A stretch of DNA of 64,000 bases, taken from positions 5,323 through 69,322 of IMG/VR virus record IMGVR_UViG_3300029309_000014. One strand, written 5' to 3'. The translations under genes and the position numbers were made by a program. Positions 36,579 to 46,098 of the stretch are shown here, piece by piece. The notes beneath the pieces are model-generated. The model saw only the letters and a list, made by a program, of their open reading frames with translations, made no database searches and was not told the DNA's origin. Position 1 is the first letter of the stretch. Every line of letters starts with the position of its first letter. This DNA comes from a virus.

Positions 36579-36901
36579 TATATAGACTCCTTCCTATGAT
36601 ACAGATCCACTTCCAAAGGATAGTAGCGTTCCTCTAGCCTGTCCCACTTCAATGCTTTGAACCTACCGTTATTCAAACGAGCTGCTTCTGCACAAGCAAT
36701 GCCTATACATAAAGGGTCACCTGACATTAATAGGTAATCATTATCATTAAAGTTACGAAGACCACGAGCAATCCTACGCACCGTTGGCTGAGTGCTGAAT
36801 GAAACCTGTTCCTTGGCCGGAACAAGTATCTGCAAGTCACCAAAGGCAACTGCATCTGTGATATCTCTACCACGCACTTCTTGTGTAATGTAGACTGTCA
36901 C
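36578..36901 (-). CDS. Conserved hypothetical protein (DYLLMSGDP..LKWDR)
   Basis: 107 aa; GTG start after TAGAAAG. Confidence 0.65.
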   Translation of the reverse strand: MTVYITQEVRGRDITDAVAFGDLQILVPAKEQVSFSTQPTVRRIARGLRNFNDNDYLLMSGDPLCIGIACAEAARLNNGRFKALKWDRLEERYYPLEVDLYHRKESI

Positions 36902-37161
36902 GGCTTTCTACTCCGCTGCTTTCTATGCTTGGCATTATTACCAAACACCTACACCCTACACTTTTATATATAGGGGTAAAACAAAAAAGTTATCTTACTG
37001 ATCAATCCGATATTTTAATATCTGATATCTGATATCTGGGTTTTGTTCGTTTACAAATACTTACTTTGAGCCCCCACGCGAGATATACTAAGAACATAAA
37101 AAGCTATGCAAGATTTTGTTTCCTGTGCTATTATAAAAAGTACCCAATAGAAAGCGGTGTC

Positions 37162-38598
37162 ATGCGTTACAAATTTAAGTACCAGCCATATGAGCATCAG
37201 CTCGAGGCTTTGAAAAAATCTTGGAATAAGAAAGAATTTGCTTACTTCATGGATATGGGGACAGGTAAATCAAAAGTTCTTATTGATAATATGTGTGTAC
37301 TCTACGACCGTGGAGAGATTACTGGTGCATTGATAGTAGCCCCTAAAGGTGTGTACCGAAACTGGGAGCAAGGTGAACTGCCCACGCATATTCCAGAACA
37401 TGTTATGTATGATACTGTACTATGGAACCCTAATCAAACTAAAACACAAATAGAAAAACAAAAGAGGTTATACCAAGTAGATGATAACCTGAAAATATTT
37501 GTTATGAATGTAGAAGCTTTCAGCACTAAAAAAGGGTGTACTGAAGCAGAGCGTTTTTTAAATTCACATCACTCAATTATGGCTATAGATGAAAGCACCA
37601 CTATAAAAAACAAAGATGCAAAACGCACAAAGAGTATAGTGAAAATAGGTAAATCAGCGCATTACAAACGCATATTAACAGGGTCTCCAGTAACTAAAAG
37701 CCCTATGGATTTGTACACACAAGCTGAGTTCCTTGATGAATGGTTATTAGGTCATAGTAGTTTTTTCAGTTTCCAATATGAGTATGCCATCGTACAAAGA
37801 CGTAGTATGGGAGCGCACAGTTTTAATCAGGTAGTTGGCTATCGTAATTTAGATAAGCTGAATGGTATACTTGAGAATTTTAGTTACAGAGTAAAAAAGG
37901 AGGACTGTTTGGATTTACCAGATAAAGTGTACATCAAACGCAGTGTTGAACTGACTGATGAACAAAAATCGGTATATAATAGTTTGAAAACTTTTGCTCT
38001 TGCCCTATTAGAGGAAGGCTCAGTAACCACTGATACAATACTCACACAATTACTTAGGCTGCAACAAGTATGCTCAGGCCATGTGAAAATGGATGATGGT
38101 GTTATGAAAACTTTTAACTCTGCTAAACTACCAGAGCTTATGTCTGTACTAGAAGAAGTAGATGGTAAAGTTATTATATGGGCGAACTTTACGCATGATA
38201 TAAAAACAATAGAACAAGAAATATCTAAAGTATATGGTGCTGAAACAGTTGCTACATACTACGGTGAAACAGAGAGTGATGATCGGCAGTCTATTGTAAA
38301 TCGTTTCCAGGATCCTAATGACCCACTCAAATATTTTATTGGACAACCACGGACAGGTGGTTATGGATTAACGCTTACAGAAGCTAAAACAGTAGTGTAC
38401 TACAGTAATAATTTTGACCTTGAGATAAGGTTACAAAGTGAAGATAGAGCTCACCGTATTGGTCAAACAAGTAAAGTTACTTATATAGATATTGTTGCTG
38501 ATAAAACTGTGGATGACCGTATACTCAAAGCCTTGCGTAATAAAATCAATATAGCCAGCCAAGTGCTTGCAGAAGATTTTAGGGAATGGATTGTTTAA
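37162..38598 (+). CDS. SNF2-family (SF2) helicase
   Basis: MDMGTGKS, IDES, LTGSP, LRLQQ, GGYGLTL, QSEDRAHRIGQ; start at ATG 37162 after TAGAAAG; the only large plus-strand gene. Confidence 0.92.
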   Translation: MRYKFKYQPYEHQLEALKKSWNKKEFAYFMDMGTGKSKVLIDNMCVLYDRGEITGALIVAPKGVYRNWEQGELPTHIPEHVMYDTVLWNPNQTKTQIEKQKRLYQVDDNLKIFVMNVEAFSTKKGCTEAERFLNSHHSIMAIDESTTIKNKDAKRTKSIVKIGKSAHYKRILTGSPVTKSPMDLYTQAEFLDEWLLGHSSFFSFQYEYAIVQRRSMGAHSFNQVVGYRNLDKLNGILENFSYRVKKEDCLDLPDKVYIKRSVELTDEQKSVYNSLKTFALALLEEGSVTTDTILTQLLRLQQVCSGHVKMDDGVMKTFNSAKLPELMSVLEEVDGKVIIWANFTHDIKTIEQEISKVYGAETVATYYGETESDDRQSIVNRFQDPNDPLKYFIGQPRTGGYGLTLTEAKTVVYYSNNFDLEIRLQSEDRAHRIGQTSKVTYIDIVADKTVDDRILKALRNKINIASQVLAEDFREWIV

Positions 38599-39086
38599 GA
38601 AGATCTGGCTATAGTGTAAATCATTGCTAAAAATAAAACAGCAGCAACCAGTATTGCACCACTAATTGTGAGAACTTGTTTCATATTCTCAGCACGTTCT
38701 CTCTCTTCTTGTTTTCTTTTACGGCGAGCTTCAGCCTCTGCCTCTTTAGCTTCGCGTATACGTTTAGCTCTTTCATCCACAATACTTCTCCATGTGCCAT
38801 GACCAAACCGCATATCTACCATACTAGCTATTTCTTGCATTTGTTCTTTAGCTAATTTAGCATCAATAATTTCTTGAGCAACGTGCTTGATACCAAACTG
38901 TTCACCAACACCAACTCCAGACTGTTGGTTACGACGTTGTTGGACTTGTTTCTCTCCCTCAAAGAGCTTGTCTATAAAACCAGCAATCTCTCCAACATCA
39001 TTAGCAGTGCCAATCGCGCCTTTGATGCCATCAACAGCACTTTTGAATAAGGCGATCCCTGCGAGAGCAGTGGATATAGGTTCCAT
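38595..39086 (-). CDS. Coiled-coil protein with C-terminal TM (lysis-associated?)
   Basis: 163 aa after lysozyme. Confidence 0.6.
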   Translation of the reverse strand: MEPISTALAGIALFKSAVDGIKGAIGTANDVGEIAGFIDKLFEGEKQVQQRRNQQSGVGVGEQFGIKHVAQEIIDAKLAKEQMQEIASMVDMRFGHGTWRSIVDERAKRIREAKEAEAEARRKRKQEERERAENMKQVLTISGAILVAAVLFLAMIYTIARSS

Positions 39087-39087
39087 G

Positions 39088-39528
39088 TCATACTTCTCTC
39101 ATCCTTTGAACTAACCGTTCAGCGCGATTAGTTACTTGGTGATACCATTTCGAGTCAACCATTTCATCAGCTGCTTGTTGCCAATCACGTGCATCAACAC
39201 CAGCCTTCATTCCTTTAAATTTACTCAAACGTGGATATCCCATATTGAACATCATATTCGCTATTATTAGTTGCACTTCTTCTGGTAAGGAATCAAAGTC
39301 GGGGTACAATCGTTCACAGTCTGAAATGACTGTTTCAACATCTTTATTAAAGCACTCTGCGACTCTATCTGCTGTGATAAATGTTCCGACTGGACGGTTA
39401 TATTCTTCGTCAGATTCAGTGACCAAGTGACCAATCCCAAAAGTAGGCAGACCCAAATGATCCAAGTATATTTCATACTTACACCCCTCATCTGCTTCAA
39501 TTTGTTTTCTAAGTATTTCTAGATCCAT
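39088..39528 (-). CDS. T4-type lysozyme (GH24) endolysin
   Basis: DEG..IYLDHLGLPTFGIGHL..NMMFNMG..DSKWYHQV..RAERL. Confidence 0.88.
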   Translation of the reverse strand: MDLEILRKQIEADEGCKYEIYLDHLGLPTFGIGHLVTESDEEYNRPVGTFITADRVAECFNKDVETVISDCERLYPDFDSLPEEVQLIIANMMFNMGYPRLSKFKGMKAGVDARDWQQAADEMVDSKWYHQVTNRAERLVQRMREV

Positions 39529-42500
39529 TACACTATTCCCATAATACCTTGGTTACGACGATTTGCTATTGCACCACCTAACTCATCTTGTGGGAATAGA
39601 CTAGAAAAATTTGTAATACCTGTACCACGACCAGCCATCTGCATGGGTTTTGCTGGTGGTGGCATACTTAAACTAGCAACTGGAGTTCCTAAATTAGGGG
39701 GAACATTTGTTCTAATTTCTTCTTCAGCTGGTGTTTCAAATCCAGGAGGAGCTTTAGGCTCTAAAGTTGGCACAGGTGTATTGATCACACCGATATTTTC
39801 AGTTAAATTTAACCCGTCTGCCCATTGGTTGAATAGAGTAATAGCAGCTCGCATTCTTGCATTATTAGTTCTTTGACCCACAGCTCTTTCTAATTGTTCT
39901 ATAGAGGGTTTTGAACCAAAAATATTTGCTAGTACTTTATTTGTCAGCAAAGTTTTAGAAGCCCTCAATGTTCCAGATAATTGAGCAGAAGTAATAGCAG
40001 ATCTTATTGCACCTGTGGCAAAAGGACCACCTACATCAGCTGTGGTAGCAAGAAAACTTGAATAAAGTTGTGCATCTGTAATAAGATCTAAATATTTCTT
40101 TTCAGCAGCAGTGGGTAATATTTTTTGTGTACCATCTGTATCTACTTTTGAAGAAAACAAGTATTTGAAATTTGCATATGGACCTTTAAATTCTTTTAAC
40201 ATGGCAAGCTCTCTGGAAAGAGCTTCAGAATTTATTACCATGTCTGCATGAACATCACTAGTAGGATCTAATTTTACTGTGGGATTTTTTTCTAAAATAT
40301 CTCTTAATATAGCTGCTCGCATTTGATCAGCTAACTCACCATTAATACCTCCATTGGCATCAATAAATTGTTTGATAGCTAGATCATCTTGTTTCCCACC
40401 AGCACTCCTAACATATTGCAAAGCTAAAGAAGCATTATCAGCATTACTTTTTAAAACAGCTTGTGCAGGGTCAGTCGCTAATAATCGTGCTGTATCTTCA
40501 AATCGACCTAATTGAGCTCTAATTTGTTCGTTAGGGAATAGTTGATTGAACAACACACCATCATCAACTTTTTTCATCGTTGCTATTTTTTCAGCAGCAT
40601 TATCTGAATTCCGTAACAAATACGCAAGAGAGGCATCTTGTATATCGGTTATAAGTTGTCTACCAGCTTGCCTTTCAGTTTCATTTAAGGCAGTAGAGTT
40701 TGCCATGCGTTTAATGATACCAAATTGCTCTACATTTAATTTACCATTTATGAGACCCTCTGCTACTTCAAGTGGAACAATATCTGCTTTTTTACTTCCA
40801 AAAATTTGCCCCACTTGCGTAAAATTTTTCACATCATTACGTTGTTTGACTAACGCACCAGCCTCTATGTAAGCCTTACGCCACGCATCACTACCACCTT
40901 TTACAAGGCCGTTTTCCACACCATTTAAAATAAGATCATCTATAGATTTTACTAAATCAAGAGCTCGGCCTTCACCCATATTAACTAAATCTTGTGCTTG
41001 GTCTCTTATATCTTTCAGCTGTTGAAAAGAGCTAACAGTTCTGCTATCAGACTCTCCCGCTACACCTTTTATCTTAAAATTTTTAACTGTTGGATCAAAA
41101 ACTTTGAGAAGTCTATCTGTTAAAGATTTAAGATCCCCACCATACTCACGACTACGAACAGATTGTTCTTCTATAAAAACAGTTCTGTTTGTGTTTTTAT
41201 CTTTACCTAACGGTTTTCCCGTTTTTGTGCGACCTGCGGGAGGCAGTTTAGTAACAGGTATACCATCAGCAATCCTTTGAGCAGTGCTTAAAACATTAGT
41301 TAAATCAAATGTCACATTTTCTGCACCAGCTAAACTAAAAGCTGCTTGATATTGATCATCAATAGCACGAGCATATCCAGCATCTACTTCTTTTGCTCTT
41401 TGAATTAAGCTAGTTGCTGCATCCGGGAAATCTCGTAAAGCATAATTACCTTCTTGAAAAAATCTAAAAGTAGCAAAAGTATCATCAGCTAAACCTTTAT
41501 TAGTTAGCTGGATGAATTTGTTTATCTCATCGTGAGAAAATTTATCAAAGGAACCACCATCGCTGCTCCATTTTTTAGAAAGAGCTGTCAACAAATTGCC
41601 TTCTGCTTTAGAAAGGTTTTTGGGCAGTGTTCCAGCAGTGCCAGAAACTTGTGATGCAATACCTCTTAATAAGATATTATTGCTTAATTGAGAGACATTT
41701 AAAGGTTCTATTTCAGCACCTGTAGTTGCGGCTAACCTTTGAGCTGCTGCCTGTGCTTGTGCTGCTTTAGGATTTACACTAAAAATTCCTAACTCATAAA
41801 GTAAAGAACCATCTGGCTTTTCTCCTAGCCCAAACCTTTTTGCAAGATACGCACCACCTCTTCCCATTCCAGGAAGGGCTTTTGTAATTACACCATCTGT
41901 TAAAGCTAATACAGCTCTATCACCAGCTAAAAATCTTGTATTGAATTGTTCTTCTGTTTCTATTCCTAAACCTGTAAAAGTGCCGTCGGCAAGACTGTTA
42001 GCGATATAATCATCTATAGTTGCTCCTATATATGCTCCCCCTGCCGTGCCAAGTAAGGGACTAAACACCGAGCCGATAACAGATCCTGCTGTAGTAAAAT
42101 TTAATAAAGCACCTGTGCCAGCACCCATATCTGCAAACGATAACACATCGTTAGAAACTCTATACACTTTACCCTGTGGAGAGGTTTTGTAGAGTTCTAC
42201 TAAATCACCATCAGTGCCTGTTTCCACACGAAATAATTCACCATTAGGAAATTTTCTTTTAAACCATGCCTGTCTTTGTTCAAATTTACGCATTCTTGCT
42301 AATGTGTCTCTATCACCAAAATTAAGAACACCTTCTTTTTTAGTGCCAGCATAATTAGGCACTATATCAAAAAGAACATCTTCAACACGCTCTTTTTCCA
42401 AAGCTAAAGATTGTTCATACGCCTGTTTTGCTTCATTTAATAATTGACTTTGTAAACTAAGGGGATTTGGCATTTCAGGCACAACCAACCCTCTATCTCT

Positions 42501-42713
42501 TAAGGCTGAACCCATGTCAAATGAGCTTTGTACGTCTTGGGTAAAGGCTTCTTCTGCCGCAGCTCTCGCAATGTCATCATCAACAGGTTGGATTGTATCT
42601 TTTAATTCAATAGGTGTTAAAGATACTCCTCCTGGAGTTTGAGGATCGACAGTTGCCATAGAAAACTTTGCGCCACCTGATGGCGTATTTGCGCTCATAG
42701 AAAACTTTGCCAT
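39528..42713 (-). CDS. Large internal virion/DNA-ejection protein
   Basis: 1061 aa, alpha-helical, last of four tandem genes after the tail genes; C-terminal LFPQDELG..GIMGIV. Confidence 0.6.
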   Translation of the reverse strand: MAKFSMSANTPSGGAKFSMATVDPQTPGGVSLTPIELKDTIQPVDDDIARAAAEEAFTQDVQSSFDMGSALRDRGLVVPEMPNPLSLQSQLLNEAKQAYEQSLALEKERVEDVLFDIVPNYAGTKKEGVLNFGDRDTLARMRKFEQRQAWFKRKFPNGELFRVETGTDGDLVELYKTSPQGKVYRVSNDVLSFADMGAGTGALLNFTTAGSVIGSVFSPLLGTAGGAYIGATIDDYIANSLADGTFTGLGIETEEQFNTRFLAGDRAVLALTDGVITKALPGMGRGGAYLAKRFGLGEKPDGSLLYELGIFSVNPKAAQAQAAAQRLAATTGAEIEPLNVSQLSNNILLRGIASQVSGTAGTLPKNLSKAEGNLLTALSKKWSSDGGSFDKFSHDEINKFIQLTNKGLADDTFATFRFFQEGNYALRDFPDAATSLIQRAKEVDAGYARAIDDQYQAAFSLAGAENVTFDLTNVLSTAQRIADGIPVTKLPPAGRTKTGKPLGKDKNTNRTVFIEEQSVRSREYGGDLKSLTDRLLKVFDPTVKNFKIKGVAGESDSRTVSSFQQLKDIRDQAQDLVNMGEGRALDLVKSIDDLILNGVENGLVKGGSDAWRKAYIEAGALVKQRNDVKNFTQVGQIFGSKKADIVPLEVAEGLINGKLNVEQFGIIKRMANSTALNETERQAGRQLITDIQDASLAYLLRNSDNAAEKIATMKKVDDGVLFNQLFPNEQIRAQLGRFEDTARLLATDPAQAVLKSNADNASLALQYVRSAGGKQDDLAIKQFIDANGGINGELADQMRAAILRDILEKNPTVKLDPTSDVHADMVINSEALSRELAMLKEFKGPYANFKYLFSSKVDTDGTQKILPTAAEKKYLDLITDAQLYSSFLATTADVGGPFATGAIRSAITSAQLSGTLRASKTLLTNKVLANIFGSKPSIEQLERAVGQRTNNARMRAAITLFNQWADGLNLTENIGVINTPVPTLEPKAPPGFETPAEEEIRTNVPPNLGTPVASLSMPPPAKPMQMAGRGTGITNFSSLFPQDELGGAIANRRNQGIMGIV

Positions 42714-45196
42714 TATTGATACGTCCGAATAATTGACAACATAAAGTCATTTATTTGTGCATTTGATACATTGTTTGGTAGTGGGTCAAACAACATAGGG
42801 TATTTTTGTTGAACAGAGGAGTAATCTTGTTTTAATGCTTCTGCTTTTTGTGCATCAGTACCTTGATAATTTGCAAACTCTGTTGAAATAAAATCTTGTT
42901 CTTGATTTGCTAAAGTCATTTCATTCTTTTTGTATTGCTCAAATTTATTCATAAGACCCTGCAACTCGGGGTTATTTTCAGGATCATTCAGCTTGTTATT
43001 AATCTCAACTTCGGCTTTATCAAGAATAAGTTTTAATTCAAAATCAGACTTACCTTGATTAGCTTGCGCTACTTTACCAAGCTCCTCCGCAACACGTCTT
43101 TGTCTAGCCGCTACATTTTCCATAGCCAGAGCGAGTATTTCGTTAGCCTCTGGTGTTTTACCAAGTCCTGCGACCGCGCTTTGCAGAATATCAATTTCTG
43201 TTTGGTTGAGGTTTCCAGGAAAATTAGCTGCTAGATCAACAACCAATGCCTCGCCCAAGGCACGTTGAACTTCAGCTAATTCTGTAGCACCACCTAGATA
43301 TTGTTCAAAATTATCTACACCTAATTTATCCGCTAAGAATGCCTCTACACCTAATTCTTTAGCAAGTTTACCAATAGCTGCTCTTTGCGGACCAAGTATA
43401 CCACCCTCAAAACCACCTTCAACAGAAGTTTGAGCAACAATCCTAGTTTTTCCTGCAAACTCAATAGCTCTAGAAGCTGTTTCATTAACCCTATCAAGTT
43501 GTTTAATCATAGAATCGGCAGAGGCTTTATTTCTAGCAGCTAAAGGATCAAACTGTCTATTTGGTGTATTTTTAGAGACAATGAAATCTTTTAACATTCC
43601 AGCTTCTACATCATTAACTATACGGTCTACTTCTTCTTTGGAAAGAGATGGCATTTCTCTTTTAACCTGTGCTCTATAATCTTCAATATACGATTCTAAT
43701 ACACGTTCAAACTCACCTTGTTCTGCACCTACTAAACTCTTAGTGAGAACTTTTAACTCTGCTGTTTCAGCTGTTGTGGGGTTTTCTTTAGCTTGTAACA
43801 TACCAAAACGCTCAGCATTTTTCATAAGCTCAGTGCGTTGGTCTCTTCCTGGATAAGTATATCCAGGGATTTCTAAAAGCGTAACCCTACCATCTAATAT
43901 TCGTGCAAAACCATCTGTTGCATTACCTACAACTTGACCACCGCCAGTTTGCACTGTTACTTTTTCATTAGGGTCGGCTTTGTTTACCATAAAAACATCG
44001 CCTTCTTTAGACTCTATTTTTACCCACTCTTTATTTCGAGTGCCGCCAACAGTATACGAACCTGTATTCCCATCAACAGTTACAAACTGACCCTCACCCA
44101 AAGAGATAGTTTTAAAATTAGGAGCTGCCTCACCCTCTAAAGTCATGGGGGTATAATCTTCACCTTTTAATGCTGCTTCTCTCATTGCAGCAGGATCAAT
44201 AACATACATTTTATTACCAATAGTTTGGAATTTAAGATCTTCTCTTTCCAATAATTTAGGTACTGCCGCAGTCAATATAGCTTGTTTAGATTTACTTTCT
44301 TGTGAGGCAGAAGCTGTTGCTGCTTCCATAGCAGCTTTTTTAGCTAAAAGATCAGATTGTCCTTTAGCTTTTGCCATTTCTAAAATAGGATCACTAACAG
44401 CTTTAATTGTTTCAGGTGCTAAAACAGAACTAATAAGTTCACCTTCCGGTGCATTAGCTATAGCGGCTGCTAATTGTAACCCTGATATATAAGGGTTTAG
44501 CTCGTATGCTTTACCAGCATCACCATATAATTCTTTATATTTAGGTAATAATTCAGCTGAAGTTTGCGCTTCTGGAACTTTTTGTAAAAGTTGGTTCAAC
44601 ATAGCTTGTTGAGGATTTACATTTTTAGCGAAAGGTACAGTTTTTCCTGGAAACAAACCTTTTGTTAGATCGATTATAGGATAATCTTGTGCCTCATAAC
44701 CCTCACCTCCTGCGGCAGTCTGTGGTGTGCCAGCAGCTCGCATTACAGGTTGTTCACCCATAGCCATACGAGCCATAGCTTCACCCTGTCCAGGAGCTTG
44801 TGTAAGGGCTGACATAATACCCTCATTCATACTTACATCATCAGTTTCTGGAGAGCCTTGTTCAGTGGCTTCTAGTAAAGTAAGTGAGGGCTGTATAAGA
44901 GTAAGCGCAGATTCAGGTGTATCTTTTGCATCCTCTTTACCTATATAACCAGCCAGCTCATTACGACGTTGTTCAATACTTTGATTATCACCACGGATAG
45001 CATTCATAATACCTACAAAATCATCAGCATTATCTATACCATCATTCATCTCTTTTAACTGACCAGCAACATCACCCAGTACACTTTCCATTTGAGCTTC
45101 TTGCTCAGGTGTAGTTTCAAGCCCAGAAGTAATACCTGTCCCAGCAGCTTGGGGTGGCTGACCACTAAACATTGCTCTCTGTAGCACTGGATCCAT
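42713..45196 (-). CDS. Internal virion/DNA-ejection protein
   Basis: 827 aa; N-terminal VLQRAMF..GTGITSGL; position. Confidence 0.6.
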   Translation of the reverse strand: MDPVLQRAMFSGQPPQAAGTGITSGLETTPEQEAQMESVLGDVAGQLKEMNDGIDNADDFVGIMNAIRGDNQSIEQRRNELAGYIGKEDAKDTPESALTLIQPSLTLLEATEQGSPETDDVSMNEGIMSALTQAPGQGEAMARMAMGEQPVMRAAGTPQTAAGGEGYEAQDYPIIDLTKGLFPGKTVPFAKNVNPQQAMLNQLLQKVPEAQTSAELLPKYKELYGDAGKAYELNPYISGLQLAAAIANAPEGELISSVLAPETIKAVSDPILEMAKAKGQSDLLAKKAAMEAATASASQESKSKQAILTAAVPKLLEREDLKFQTIGNKMYVIDPAAMREAALKGEDYTPMTLEGEAAPNFKTISLGEGQFVTVDGNTGSYTVGGTRNKEWVKIESKEGDVFMVNKADPNEKVTVQTGGGQVVGNATDGFARILDGRVTLLEIPGYTYPGRDQRTELMKNAERFGMLQAKENPTTAETAELKVLTKSLVGAEQGEFERVLESYIEDYRAQVKREMPSLSKEEVDRIVNDVEAGMLKDFIVSKNTPNRQFDPLAARNKASADSMIKQLDRVNETASRAIEFAGKTRIVAQTSVEGGFEGGILGPQRAAIGKLAKELGVEAFLADKLGVDNFEQYLGGATELAEVQRALGEALVVDLAANFPGNLNQTEIDILQSAVAGLGKTPEANEILALAMENVAARQRRVAEELGKVAQANQGKSDFELKLILDKAEVEINNKLNDPENNPELQGLMNKFEQYKKNEMTLANQEQDFISTEFANYQGTDAQKAEALKQDYSSVQQKYPMLFDPLPNNVSNAQINDFMLSIIRTYQ

Positions 45197-46098
45197 TAGC
45201 TAAATGCCTTCTGTGCTGCACCGTATAGGCTAAGACCGCCAATACCAGCACCTAGTAATTGATTAAGTATACTCGGTTGTGCTGATGCTCCTTGGGATAT
45301 TGTCATTTGTGAAGTAGGCGCACCACGCAATATATCACTGTAAAAACCAAGACGTTGATACGGCTCAAATACTGTTTGCATTTGTGTTTGACGAGTAGCT
45401 TCATCTTGCGCTTGTTGCAAGGCACGTTCTTGTTCACCAAGTGCAAATAGATTTGCTGAATCAGCTATACCTAATTTAGAAGTTAACTCACCCAATCCTG
45501 CTTGTTGCAATCCAAGTTGCCCAATACCCTGCCCTAATTGACCTGCCGCTTGCCCGACCTGTATAGCTCTAGCCATTTCATTTTGTGCAGCTTGTTGAGC
45601 TTGTAAAAAATTATCAGCTTGTGATTTTGCTAATGCAGCAGCTTCATTACGGCCTATCTCAGCTTGTTGCACGGCTGCACGGCTACCACCAAAAGCTCCT
45701 GCTTGTGCTGCTTGCTGACCTAATTGTGACCTTTGCATATCAAAAGCACGGCTAATTTCATTTTGCACCGCTTGTTGATAAGGGTTCATATAAGATTGCA
45801 TTTGGGCTTGTGTTGGCGCACCCATACCACCAGCTAGGGCAGCTTGACCAACACCAAACTGACCAAGAGCTGCTTGTTGTGTAGCTTGTCCAGATTGTAT
45901 AAAAGGTTGATAAGCACCCAACCCTGTTTGAGCAGCACTTAACGCATCTTGTTGTGCTTGCGTCATACCCTGTGAAGTAATTGCTGGTAGACCACCTGTA
46001 GGGGGAGCAGAAGTCAGAGCTTTAGCTTGCTCCATAAGCCCTAATTTATAGGCTTCTATTTCCGGTGATTCTTTTTGGATAATGGTTTCTGTAGCCAT
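45196..46098 (-). CDS. Gln/Ala/Gly-rich ejection (pilot-like) protein
   Basis: YMNPYQQAV..AGAFGGSR; C-terminal hydrophobic helix. Confidence 0.65.
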   Translation of the reverse strand: MATETIIQKESPEIEAYKLGLMEQAKALTSAPPTGGLPAITSQGMTQAQQDALSAAQTGLGAYQPFIQSGQATQQAALGQFGVGQAALAGGMGAPTQAQMQSYMNPYQQAVQNEISRAFDMQRSQLGQQAAQAGAFGGSRAAVQQAEIGRNEAAALAKSQADNFLQAQQAAQNEMARAIQVGQAAGQLGQGIGQLGLQQAGLGELTSKLGIADSANLFALGEQERALQQAQDEATRQTQMQTVFEPYQRLGFYSDILRGAPTSQMTISQGASAQPSILNQLLGAGIGGLSLYGAAQKAFS

